Source of the DNA: an uncultured Acidobacteriota bacterium
GTDB lineage: Bacteria > Acidobacteriota > Thermoanaerobaculia > Multivoradales > UBA5704
Direction: 5' to 3'
Length of the DNA: 64,000 nt
NCBI GenBank assembly: GCA_963770895.1
Contig: CAVYRF010000001.1
Location: 640,001-704,000, forward strand
The number at the start of each line of letters is the position of its first letter. Within the stretch, counting starts at the first letter, position 1. The notes beneath the pieces are model-generated. The model did not search any database, was not told the origin of the DNA, and saw only the letters and a list, made by a program, of their open reading frames with translations. A program made the position numbers and the translations under genes. This document shows, piece by piece, positions 50,079 through 59,596 of this stretch.

Positions 50079-51623
50079 TTAGTTGGCGACGGGTGTCAGG
50101 GATCCCGCGTCGAGATACAGCAGCCAGTCGATAGCCCAGGCGTAGTCGACCGGATAGCCCCACCAGTCGGGCAACGTCGCGCCGCCATCCACGGCCACGT
50201 CGAGGCGCGCGAGGAGTGCGGCCAGGACCGCGGCCGGCTCTTCCGCCGCTGCTGGCAGCGCCGGTGCCTGCGGCAGCGGCCTGCCGCCGGGGCGATAGAA
50301 GCGCGCCGTGCCGTCGGGTGCCAGCCGCAGCGAAAATCCCTCTTCGTGCACCGCGCGATGGTGGCGGCGGCACAGCAGCACCGTGTTGGCGAGGTTGGTG
50401 GCGCCGCCATCGGCCCAGGCCCGCACGTGATGGGCGTCGCACACCCGCCTGCCGCAGCCCGGAAAGCGGCAGCCGCCGTCGCGATGCTCCAGGGCGCGGC
50501 GCAGGGCGGGCGAGATGGCGCGGGTGCGGCGTCCGACGTCCAGCACGGCGCCGTCCGCGGCATGCCGCATCACCACCCGCGCCGCGTCGCAGGCCAGCCG
50601 CCGGCACGTTTCCGCGGAAACGTGGGTGCCGTCCGCCAGCCAGGACTCACCGGCGCCGCCGGCCGGCAGCGCTTCGGCATCGACGTGCACCACGACCTGG
50701 TAGCGGTCGCCGCGGCTGCCGGGATCGAGGCCCGCGGCCAGGGCGCTTTCCGCCACCAGGCCCAGGGCATCGGCGCGGCGCTGCTCCGGGGAGGTGTCGT
50801 CCGTATCGTCCGCCGCCGCCCCGTCGCCGGACAGCTGGCCGGTATGTGGACCGTAGAGCGCCGCACCGCCGGGCTGCTCGGTGTCGGACGCTGGGCTGGC
50901 GCCGGGCCGATCAAGGGTTTTGGCGCCGGACGGCGCACCGATGGCTGGGCTGTGGAGTGCTTCGGCACTGGCGCGTGCGGTGCTCGACGGCTGGCTGGCG
51001 CGAGGCCCGTAGAGCTTCTCGACGCCGGCGTCCAGGGCGCGGAGCAGCGCCGCTCCTGCTTCCGGCGCCAGACGCCCGGTCACCACCACCATGCCGTCCT
51101 GGTCGGTGTAGGCACGCAGGTAGCGCGAGGCATGGCGGCGGCGTTCGTCTTCGCCCGCCGCCAGCCGGTTGACGCGCCGCATGCCGCGCACCAGCCGCTC
51201 GACGTGAGCGGCCGTCCCCGCGCGTCCGAAGGTCAGCAGGTAGTCTTCGTTGGCTGGTGTGGCGATGCGGGTCAGGGCGCGCACCTTGGAATAGGAAAGC
51301 TCGCCGCGGCGCATCGCCGCCGCCAGGTGTGGCAGGGCGCCGAGCGCGCGCGCCACGCGCAGCTTTTCGCGCGCCGCTCCGACGTCGAGCCCGACGCGCC
51401 AGCACAGCCAGTGGGCGCAGGATAGAAAGCCGCTGTTCCAGCCGCCCTGCTCGTCGAATTCGCGCAGCATGACCAGCAGCTCGTAGGTGGCCGCCGAGAT
51501 CTGCGCCGACAGCAGGGCTATGCGTTCGCCGAGCTGCTCGAGCCGAGCACGTTGCTGCGCCTCTCCCACCGCGCTTTCGATCGCTGTGGAAACCATTTGA
51601 TCCGCTTCATGATCCGGTGTCAT
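50079..51623 (-). CDS. DUF222 domain plus HNH endonuclease protein
   Basis: 'SCAHWL.WR', 'GELSYSKVRAL', 'RRLACDA', 'LDVGR.TR', 'RDGGCRFPGC..DAHHV..W.DGG.T.LAN.VLLCRRHHRAVHE'. Confidence 0.9.
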   Translation of the reverse strand: MTPDHEADQMVSTAIESAVGEAQQRARLEQLGERIALLSAQISAATYELLVMLREFDEQGGWNSGFLSCAHWLCWRVGLDVGAAREKLRVARALGALPHLAAAMRRGELSYSKVRALTRIATPANEDYLLTFGRAGTAAHVERLVRGMRRVNRLAAGEDERRRHASRYLRAYTDQDGMVVVTGRLAPEAGAALLRALDAGVEKLYGPRASQPSSTARASAEALHSPAIGAPSGAKTLDRPGASPASDTEQPGGAALYGPHTGQLSGDGAAADDTDDTSPEQRRADALGLVAESALAAGLDPGSRGDRYQVVVHVDAEALPAGGAGESWLADGTHVSAETCRRLACDAARVVMRHAADGAVLDVGRRTRAISPALRRALEHRDGGCRFPGCGRRVCDAHHVRAWADGGATNLANTVLLCRRHHRAVHEEGFSLRLAPDGTARFYRPGGRPLPQAPALPAAAEEPAAVLAALLARLDVAVDGGATLPDWWGYPVDYAWAIDWLLYLDAGSLTPVAN

Positions 51624-51927
51624 CCTACGCCTCCCATCGCCTTGCCATCGATTGTAAACCCATGATTTTTCAGCTCGCAGGAGGCCGTGGGCGGGCCGAT
51701 CGGAGAAGCGCGAAGGGGCGCGGGAGCCTGGCTGCCAGATCCCGCTCGTAGACCCCGCTTGCGCGCCAATCGATGCCATTCCTGCGCGGACCTGAGAAAG
51801 CGCGCGCAGCGGTCCGGAAAAGCTTGTCAAGAGGGGGCGGCGATTTTGTGTGAGCTGCAACTATTGGCCTGTCCTGTTCGAATCGAAAGCGCCTGGCTTG
51901 CCCTCGACGGCGGGGGCGGCGTTGCTC

Positions 51928-52005
51928 CCTGCCGGGAGTGCCGGGTCAGGCGACAGCCCCGGCCGACCTGCCGGGAGTGCCAGGACAGGCGACAGCCCCG
52001 GCCGC
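51928..52005 (+). repeat. 39-bp near-perfect tandem duplication, intergenic
   Basis: CCTGCCGGGAGTGCCRGGWCAGGCGACAGCCCCGGCCG twice. Confidence 0.75.
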
Positions 52006-52463
52006 CTCCTCGACATAGTCTCGGCTATGCCTGCGTCGGCGCGCCTGGCCCGCGCCGCCGAATGGCGGCGCCATCCGCTTTCGAATTCTCCAGGACAGGC
52101 CACTATTCCGCGCGAGAGCGCGCCGGCCGGCCGGCGCTGGCGACGATGAGGACGCCCCCGCCGTTCCGGCCCCGCCAGCGACGCCAAGCCTCTGACGCGG
52201 GAGAGGCGGGCAGGAGCGATTCCGGTGGCCTTAGTTGCGCCGCGCCCCCCCGCTTCAAGGTCGTTCTGATGCCTGGCGTGATCTTGCCGTGGGGGCACGG
52301 CGCGGGGGGCATTCTGCGGCCGTCGGCGGCGGGCGCCGGTGCGGAGTGGGCTTGACCGCAGGATCGCGCGGGCGCCCGGCAGCGCCCGGCGGCCTTGCCG
52401 GACCGGGCTCCCGGTACGAGTGAGCCCATGGGGACCTTGTGCCAGGGTGGTAGGCTTGGCGAC

Positions 52464-52865
52464 GTGGACGTGCTCCTTGCTACCGTGACCGCTCTTCGTG
52501 GAGCGCTGGCGGACCGGCGCGACGTCGAGCTTGTGCTGCTCTTCGGCTCCGTTGCCCGCGGGAGGGCGCGTCCAGACTCCGATGTCGATGTGGCGGTCTT
52601 GGGACTCCGCCTCGACCTCCTGGCCTTGGCTGCCGACCTGGCCGACGCCGTCAAGGGCGAAGTCGATGTCGTCGATCTTGCCCGTGCGGGATATCCCTTG
52701 ACACAGGCCTTGCTGCGAGACGCCATCGTCGTGCACGAAGGTAGCTATGGAGCGGCTGCGCGTTGGCGAACGCGGGCAATTGTCGAAACCGAAACCGACC
52801 GGCCCTGGTTCGAACGCATGCAGGATGCCTATCTCAAGCGCCTCGCGCAAGGCGACCATGGTTGA
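52464..52865 (+). CDS. mntA: Minimal nucleotidyltransferase antitoxin (type VII TA)
   Basis: 'LFGSVARGRARPDSDVDVAV', 'EVDVVDL'; TAGGCT -10 just upstream of the GTG. Confidence 0.88.
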   Translation: MDVLLATVTALRGALADRRDVELVLLFGSVARGRARPDSDVDVAVLGLRLDLLALAADLADAVKGEVDVVDLARAGYPLTQALLRDAIVVHEGSYGAAARWRTRAIVETETDRPWFERMQDAYLKRLAQGDHG

Positions 52866-53283
52866 CGCCGCGGTCATCGCCACCAAGCTCCGAGACCTTG
52901 AGGACCGGATGGGGCGGATATCAGCTCACCGGCCGGCCGATGCCCCCGCTCTGGCTCAGGATCGCGATGCACTCGACCTTGTTTCTTTCAACCTCATGCT
53001 CGCAATTCAAGATTGCCTCGACATCGCCAGCCACCTTATCGCGGACGAGGGCTGGCCCGCGGCGGCAAGCCTTGGCGAGGCTTTCCAGCGTCTCGGCGAG
53101 CGAGGCGTCCTCACCCTCCGAACGGCTGATGCTCTCCGCCGCGCCGCCGGCCTGCGCAATGTTGTAGCCCATGGATATGCCGAAGCCAACCCTGAGCTGT
53201 TGTTTATGGCAGCACGCGATGGTCTGGTCGATCTGCGCAACTTTGCGAGTGAAGTCAGTGCCTGGGTGCGCGGGCGCGGCTGA
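52858..53283 (+). CDS. hepT: HEPN/DUF86 ribonuclease toxin
   Basis: RX4HXY motif 'RNVVAHGY'; overlaps mntA. Confidence 0.88.
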   Translation: MVDAAVIATKLRDLEDRMGRISAHRPADAPALAQDRDALDLVSFNLMLAIQDCLDIASHLIADEGWPAAASLGEAFQRLGERGVLTLRTADALRRAAGLRNVVAHGYAEANPELLFMAARDGLVDLRNFASEVSAWVRGRG

Positions 53284-53339
53284 GGCAGGCTCGTCAGGTT
53301 GGGTGTCTTTCTGGCCGCAGCGGCGGGCTCCGCACTTCG

Positions 53340-55150
53340 CTACAGGCCTGCGCGATAGACGCCGTTGCCGGGGACCTGGGCGTACAGGACGCCGCCGGGA
53401 CCGATCAGCAGCTGCTCGATAGGCATCGGCGGCAGGCCGGGGGCGAGCTCGGCCCAGGTGGCGCCGCCGTCGCGGCTGACGATGACGTCGTTGGTGGTGC
53501 CGACGTACAGGGTCTGGGGGTTGGTTGGATCGACGGCCAGCGAGAAGGCGGCTTGCTGGCCTTGCAGCAGCAGGGTCTTGGTCTTGCCGCCGTCGGTGCT
53601 CTTGAACAGGCCGGGCTGGGTGTGGGAGGTGTCAGCCAGCGTGAAGTAGAGAGTCTGTGGCGCGGTGGGATCGACGACCAGGACTGAGATCAGCGCCGGG
53701 ACGTCGATGGCGAAGTCGAGCGAGGCGCCGCCGTCCTGGCTGGCATGGAAGGTTTCTGCAAACGTCGGGGCCTGCACCAGCTTCGCCGCGTACAGAGTGG
53801 ACGGTGCGGATGGCGCCACCACGAACTGGGTGAAAAACTCGTGGTCTGCGCGCAGGATCAAGCTCCAGGTGGCGCCGCTGTCAACGCTCTTGTACTGGCC
53901 TCCCGGCCCGGAGCCTGTACACGGTGGTGGGCGTCATCGGGTCGGGCGCCGGCGGCGCTATGCCCGCAAAGGGCGCTCCGGGACGCCGCCAATGGTTGGC
54001 GCGAGTCTGACTGATGAAGAATCCGCCGCCTTCGGTGTCGACAAACAGCGTGGATGGAGCCGCGGGGGAGACCGCCAGGCCCGTCACTGCGATGCTGTTG
54101 CCCAGACCGTCGTTGGCCGCCGTCCAGGTGGCGCCGCCGTCGGCCGTCTTCTGGACGCCGCTGGTCAGGCTGCCGGCGTACAGCGCGCCGGCGGTCGCCG
54201 GATCGACGGCCAGGGCGTTCAGGTCGACGGCGGCGTAGCCGGTGCTGCAGGGTTTCCAAGTGGCGCCCGCCGTCAGGCTGCGGTAGACCGCCGGCCCGGC
54301 CTGGCTGGCCGTGGCGACTCCTGCATACAGGGTGTTGGGGGCGGCCGGCGCCACCGCCAGCGCGGCAAAGGTGGCGGTGGTCGCTCCCGAAAAGACGGCG
54401 GACCAGTGCTGGCCCTGGTCGACGGACTTGAACAGCCCGCCGCCGCCGCCGCAGGCGAAGACCGCGCGGTCCGCTGCCGGTGACACGGTGACGCACGCCG
54501 CCGCCGGGTTGGTCTTGGCCAGCGGCCGCGCCTGCCAGGTGGTGCCGCCGTCGGTGCTGACGAAGAGTCCCCGGGGGTTGCCGGGATCATTCGGCCGCGC
54601 CGCCGCGTAGACGGTCTGGTGCGCCTGCGGATCGACCGCCAAGGCCACCACGGAGGGCCGACCCATCCCCTGCTGCGCCGGCAACCACGATGCGCCGCCA
54701 TCGACGCTGCGGAACACTCCCTCCGTGGTGCCGGCCAACACGGTAGACGGTTATACGGGGTCCACCGTCACGGTCAGCACCTCCGCCCGCGGCCGCAAGC
54801 CCGCGCCGCTGTCGGTCCAGCTCACGCCGCCGTCGACCGACTTGCAGACCCGGTTGAAGACCGCGGCGTACAGAGTGGTGGGCGTCTGCGGATCGATGGT
54901 CAGATCGTTGGGGTCGTCGGTCACGAACAGCGACGGCAGGCCGCTGCTGGCACTGTTCCAGGTCACGCCGCCGTCGATGCTCTTGAAGATCCCGCCGCCG
55001 AGGTCGGTGATGCCCACGGGCAGGACGCCCGTCACCGCGTAGACCGTTGCCGGCGTCGCGGGGTCCACGACGACCCGCCCCACCATTCCCGGAATCAGGC
55101 CGGCGTCGCTGTGCGCCCAGCTCAGCCCGGCGTTCACCGTCTTGAAGCTC
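53340..55150 (-). pseudogene. Decayed tandem copy of the Asp-box/BNR repeat protein
   Basis: Colinear with 55179..57242 from 'FKTVNAG'; lacks the signal peptide; CAA>TAA at 54751-54753; frameshift near 53917. Confidence 0.85.
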
Positions 55151-55178
55151 GCGCCCACGACTTCGGCCACGACGACAC

Positions 55179-57242
55179 CTACGCCGGCGCCGAACCTTTG
55201 CCGGACGGCGGTCTCGCTCCCACTCCCACACGGTAGACGCCGTTGCCGGAGACCAAGGCGTAGAGGACGCTGCCGGGGCCGACGAACAGCTGCTGGACCG
55301 GCACCGGCGGCAGGCCGGGGGCGAGCTCGGCCCAGGTGGCGCCACCGTCATGGCTGACCAGGACGTCGTTGGTGGTGCCGGCGTACAGGGTCTGCGGGTT
55401 GCCTGGATCGACGGCCAGCGTAAAGACGGTTTGCTGGCCTGCCAGCAGCAAGGTGGCGGTGTGGCCGCCATCGGTGCTCTTGAACAGGCCGGGCTGGGTG
55501 TAGGAGGTGTAGGCCAGGTTGAAGTAAAGGGTCTTTGGCGCCGTGGGATCGACGACCAGCAGCAGCATCTGCGCCGGGGCGCTGAGCGCGGATTGAAACG
55601 AGGTGCCGGCGTTCTGGCTGGAGTACAGGGTGTCGACATAGGCCGGGGCGCCGACATCGAGAGTCACCGCGTACAGGGTCGACGGTGCGGAGGGCGCCAC
55701 CGCGAACAGCGGGTCATACTCCACCGCGCCCTGCAGGATCAGGCTCCAGGTGGCACCGCTGTCCAGGCTCTTGTATTGGCCTGCCGGGCCGCCGCTGTAC
55801 ACGGTGGCGGGTGTGCGCGGGTCGGGCACCAGCGGCGGCATGCCCGCAAACGGCGCGCCGGGCCGCCGCCAATGGGTGGCGCGGGTCTGACTGATGAAGA
55901 AGCCGCCGTCGGTGTCGACAAACAGGGTGGCGGGCGCCGCGGGGGAAACCGTCAGGGCCGTCACCGCCGTGGTGTTGCCCAGGCCGTTGTTGGCCGCCGT
56001 CCAGGTGGCGCCGTCGTCGGTCGTCTTCTGGACGCCGCTGGTCGGGCTGCCGGCGTACAGCGTGCCGGCGGTCGCCGGGTCGACAGCCAGCGCTCTCAGG
56101 GCGGCGGCCGCGTAGCCGGTGCTGTACGGTTTCCAGGTGACGCCGGCGGTCAGGCTGCGGTAGACCGGCGGCCCGACGTTGCTGCTCGCGGCGACTCCTG
56201 CATAGAGCGTGTTGGGGGCGGACGGCGCCACCGCCAGGGCGGCAAAGGTGGCAGTGGTCTGACCCTGAAAGACGTTGGACCAGTGCTGCCCCTGGTCCAC
56301 CGACTTGAACAGCCCGGCGCCGGCGCCGCAAGCGAACACCGCGCGGTCGGCGGCCGGCGACACGGTGACGCACGCCGCCGCCGGGTTGCTCTTGGCCAGG
56401 GGCCGCGCCTGCCAGGTGGCGCCGCCGTCGGTGCTGACGAAAAGCCCCTGGGGGCTGGCCGGGTTGGTCGGCTGCGCCGCCGCATAGACGGCCTGGTGGG
56501 CCTGCGGATCGACCGCCAGGGCGACGACCGGCGGCCGGCCCATTCCCTGCTGCGCCGGCGACCACGACGCTCCGCCGTCAAGGCTGCGGAACACTCCCAC
56601 CGTGGTGCCGGCAAACACGTTTGCCGGTTGTACGGGGTCCACCGTCACGGTCAGCACGACCGCGCCCGGCCGCAGGCCCGCGCCGCTGTCGGTCCAGCTG
56701 GCGGCGCCGTCGACCGACTTGAAGACCCGATTGCCGACCGCGGCGTACAGGGTGTCGGGCGATTGCGGATCGATGGCCAGGTCGTTGGGGTTGTCCAAGA
56801 ACGGCGACGGCAGGCCGCTGCCGGCACTGTTCCAGGTCACGCCGCCGTCGGTGCTCTTGAAGATCCCGCCGCCGGCGCCCATATCGCCTAAGATCAGGAC
56901 GTTGACCACCGCGTAGACCGTCGCCGGCGCCGCGGGGTCCACGACGACACGCTGCACCACCCCCGGCACCAGGCCGGCGTCGCTGTGCGCCCAGCTCTGC
57001 CCGGCGTTCACCGTCTTGAACAGCCCCCCGACGCCCGCCGCCGCATAGGCGGTGTGCGGGTCGGCAGGGTCCACCGCCAACGACAGTGCCGCCCCCCCGA
57101 CCGGACCGACCGACGTCCACGCCGTCCCCGCGCCCTGCGCGGCGCCGGGCGCCGCCGCCAGCCCGGCCGCCAGGGCGGCGATCGCCGCCACGCAAGCCAG
57201 ACGAAAAAAGAACCGTCCGCCAAATGAAGCCGTGTCCGACAT
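55179..57242 (-). CDS. Secreted Asp-box (BNR/Vps10/Ycf48-like) beta-propeller protein
   Basis: Signal peptide; many 'FKSxDGGxTW' and 'LAVDP..P.TLYA' repeats. Confidence 0.88.
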   Translation of the reverse strand: MSDTASFGGRFFFRLACVAAIAALAAGLAAAPGAAQGAGTAWTSVGPVGGAALSLAVDPADPHTAYAAAGVGGLFKTVNAGQSWAHSDAGLVPGVVQRVVVDPAAPATVYAVVNVLILGDMGAGGGIFKSTDGGVTWNSAGSGLPSPFLDNPNDLAIDPQSPDTLYAAVGNRVFKSVDGAASWTDSGAGLRPGAVVLTVTVDPVQPANVFAGTTVGVFRSLDGGASWSPAQQGMGRPPVVALAVDPQAHQAVYAAAQPTNPASPQGLFVSTDGGATWQARPLAKSNPAAACVTVSPAADRAVFACGAGAGLFKSVDQGQHWSNVFQGQTTATFAALAVAPSAPNTLYAGVAASSNVGPPVYRSLTAGVTWKPYSTGYAAAALRALAVDPATAGTLYAGSPTSGVQKTTDDGATWTAANNGLGNTTAVTALTVSPAAPATLFVDTDGGFFISQTRATHWRRPGAPFAGMPPLVPDPRTPATVYSGGPAGQYKSLDSGATWSLILQGAVEYDPLFAVAPSAPSTLYAVTLDVGAPAYVDTLYSSQNAGTSFQSALSAPAQMLLLVVDPTAPKTLYFNLAYTSYTQPGLFKSTDGGHTATLLLAGQQTVFTLAVDPGNPQTLYAGTTNDVLVSHDGGATWAELAPGLPPVPVQQLFVGPGSVLYALVSGNGVYRVGVGARPPSGKGSAPA

Positions 57243-57396
57243 CAGCTGTCCTCCTTGCCGTCTGCGCCGTCGCCCGCGCCCGCGCCGTGGCGAGAATTTG
57301 CCTGCATGCTTTTCTTCTACCTGATCCTACGTCGCTGGCGACGCCCGCGTTTAGGCGAGCGTAGTGGGGCTGCCGCCGCGTTTTGCGGCCGGCGGC

Positions 57397-59595
57397 TCAG
57401 CGCGGCGACGAGGGGGCGCCGGGCTTGGCGGCGCTTGCATCATCCACGGCCTGGATGACCAGCACGGCCGAGCGATGGAACGGCAGGTTGATCGCGGTGC
57501 TCTCGACCAGGATCGAGTAGGTGCCTGGCTCGCCCAGGTCCAGGTCGGCGGCGTAGACGCCGGGCGCGACGGCGTGGGCGAGCTGAGTGCGCCGATTGTT
57601 GCCGGGCGGGCTGTAGAAGAGCACCTGGACGTCGGTCAGGCCGTCGATGGGGGCGCCGGTTGCCGCATTGGTCAGCCGGAAGCGCAGCGGGAAGGGGTGG
57701 TTGGCGGCGGCGCGATGGCTTTCGACCAGAAATTCGACGCGCGGCGGCGTCGCGGCCAGGCGCTTGGCGGCCAGCTGCGGGTCGGTTGCCACCTCCACGT
57801 CGAAGCAGTGGACGATGCGCGGCGCATCCAGGAAGAACGCCAGCTGATAGTGGCCGCCCGGCGGCAGGCGGGCGGTCGTCTCGTAGACGCCGGGGGCGGC
57901 TTCGTGGAGCGTGCGGTCCAGGACCAGCACGGCGCGCGGCTGGCGCTCGAAATCGGTGAAGCTGCCCATGGGGGCGGCCATCCCCTCCTGGTAGTAGTAG
58001 ACCGCCTGGTCGCTGGGGTTGGCGATCAGCACCGCGGAGGCGCCGGGGGCGCGCACGATGCTGGCGGCGGGGCTGGGCGCCGCCCCCTGCCCCAGCGGGT
58101 GCTGGCCCGCCGGCACGTCCATCACCGTCACCGGCGTGCCGGCCTGGCCGATGGACTTGAGCGGCATGGTCAGCACCGTCTCGGAGTTGCGGTGGCGCAC
58201 GTACGCCAGGTCGGCCGAAAAGGTCACCTGGTCGGGGCCGCTTTGGACGTGGGCCGTCTGCACGATGCGGTTGCCCGCGGTGTCCAGGATGTAGACCCGG
58301 TCGGTCGTCGGATTGACCGCGAAGCCGAACCGGCCGTCGGGCGGAAAGGCGATCGCCGCCACCCCGACGCCCGCCTTGATGCGCGTCCTGATCAGCGCGG
58401 CGCCGCCGGCGTCGCCCCTGCTGCCGGCGGCGGTCGCCGTATGGGCGCCGCTCGCCGCGCGGGTGGCGCCAGGCTTGTTCGCGTCGCCCGCTTGACTCGC
58501 GTCGCCCGCGGCGTGTGGATCGGGCGGCGCCACGCCGAAGATGGTGCCCGACGGGCCATCGGTGACGTAGGCCAGCTGCGCCTGGCGCGACCAGGCGATC
58601 GCCGCCGGTCGGCTGCCCGCCGGCACGGCGGCGGCGGCAACCGCCAGCCGCGCCACCTCGACGATCGAAACGGTCCCGGCGTCGCGATTGGTGACGAAGG
58701 CAAAACGGCTGTCGTCGCTGAAGGCGAGATCGTGCGGTCCCTTGCCGGTCGCCAGGTGGGCGACGCGCGCCAGGGTTCGCGGGTCGAAGGCGTCCACCCC
58801 GCCGTCCCAGGCCACCCACACGTAGCCGCCGTCGGGTTGCGCCGCCACCCGGCCGGGTAGCGGCCCGCTGTCCAGATTGGCGATCACCTTGAAGGTCGTG
58901 GTGTCCACGACCGCGACCTTGCCGCCGGCCGCGGGCATCGAGATGAAGAGCCGCTGGCCGCCGTCGGCGAGCGCCCAGTCTTCGCCCCTGGCGGCGAGCT
59001 GCACCATCGCCAGCAGCTTGGTGCCGCCGTAGCCGAACAGCGGATCGACGATCGACAGGGTGGCGTCGTCGTTGAGGGTGATCACGTAATAGACGTTCAG
59101 GTCGAGCGCCGCGCGCGCGAAGACGCTGCCTTGCACCAGCTCCTTGACGCGCGCCTCGCAGGTTGCCGCCGCATGTGACGCGCTATCCATCCAGGCGGCA
59201 GGGTAGGCGCCGGCCAGCGGGGCGCCGCTCGAATCGGCAAGGCGGAAACGAAACAGCGCGTCGGCCCCCTCGGCCAGCGAACCGCCGCCGCTGCCCTGGG
59301 TGGTGCTGGCGATGGCGGTGGGGGAGGCAGAGGCGGGGGACGAGACCGCAGCGGCCGGCGTGGACGAAGAGGACGAAGAGGACGAAGAGGGCGCCGTGGG
59401 CAGCACCGCGGCATCGATGGTGATGCCCTGGTCGACGGCGTGACCGCCTGCTGGGGCCGCCGTGGCCGCCGGCGCCGCTGCGGCCGCCGGCGCGCTGTCT
59501 ACGGCAAAAAGGCCAACGGGAAGGAGGCCCGGCAGGAGACAGAGGGCGGCGGCGACAGCGACAGCCTTGCCGCCGCCCTCTCGGAAGACCTTCAC
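57397..59595 (-). CDS. Secreted YncE/YVTN (cytochrome d1-like) beta-propeller with C-terminal Ig/YtkA-like domains
   Basis: GTG 1 nt after the oxidase stop; signal-like N-terminus; 'GPHDLAFSDDSRFAFVTN..GTVSIV', 'YYYQEGMAAPMGSF', 'PGVYET', 'PGVYAA'. Confidence 0.8.
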   Translation of the reverse strand: MKVFREGGGKAVAVAAALCLLPGLLPVGLFAVDSAPAAAAAPAATAAPAGGHAVDQGITIDAAVLPTAPSSSSSSSSSTPAAAVSSPASASPTAIASTTQGSGGGSLAEGADALFRFRLADSSGAPLAGAYPAAWMDSASHAAATCEARVKELVQGSVFARAALDLNVYYVITLNDDATLSIVDPLFGYGGTKLLAMVQLAARGEDWALADGGQRLFISMPAAGGKVAVVDTTTFKVIANLDSGPLPGRVAAQPDGGYVWVAWDGGVDAFDPRTLARVAHLATGKGPHDLAFSDDSRFAFVTNRDAGTVSIVEVARLAVAAAAVPAGSRPAAIAWSRQAQLAYVTDGPSGTIFGVAPPDPHAAGDASQAGDANKPGATRAASGAHTATAAGSRGDAGGAALIRTRIKAGVGVAAIAFPPDGRFGFAVNPTTDRVYILDTAGNRIVQTAHVQSGPDQVTFSADLAYVRHRNSETVLTMPLKSIGQAGTPVTVMDVPAGQHPLGQGAAPSPAASIVRAPGASAVLIANPSDQAVYYYQEGMAAPMGSFTDFERQPRAVLVLDRTLHEAAPGVYETTARLPPGGHYQLAFFLDAPRIVHCFDVEVATDPQLAAKRLAATPPRVEFLVESHRAAANHPFPLRFRLTNAATGAPIDGLTDVQVLFYSPPGNNRRTQLAHAVAPGVYAADLDLGEPGTYSILVESTAINLPFHRSAVLVIQAVDDASAAKPGAPSSPR

Positions 59596-59596
59596 G

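Noticed and set aside
51687-52355. ORFs between the HNH gene and mntA
   Set aside because: Low-complexity Arg/Pro/Gly translations with no motif; treated as intergenic.
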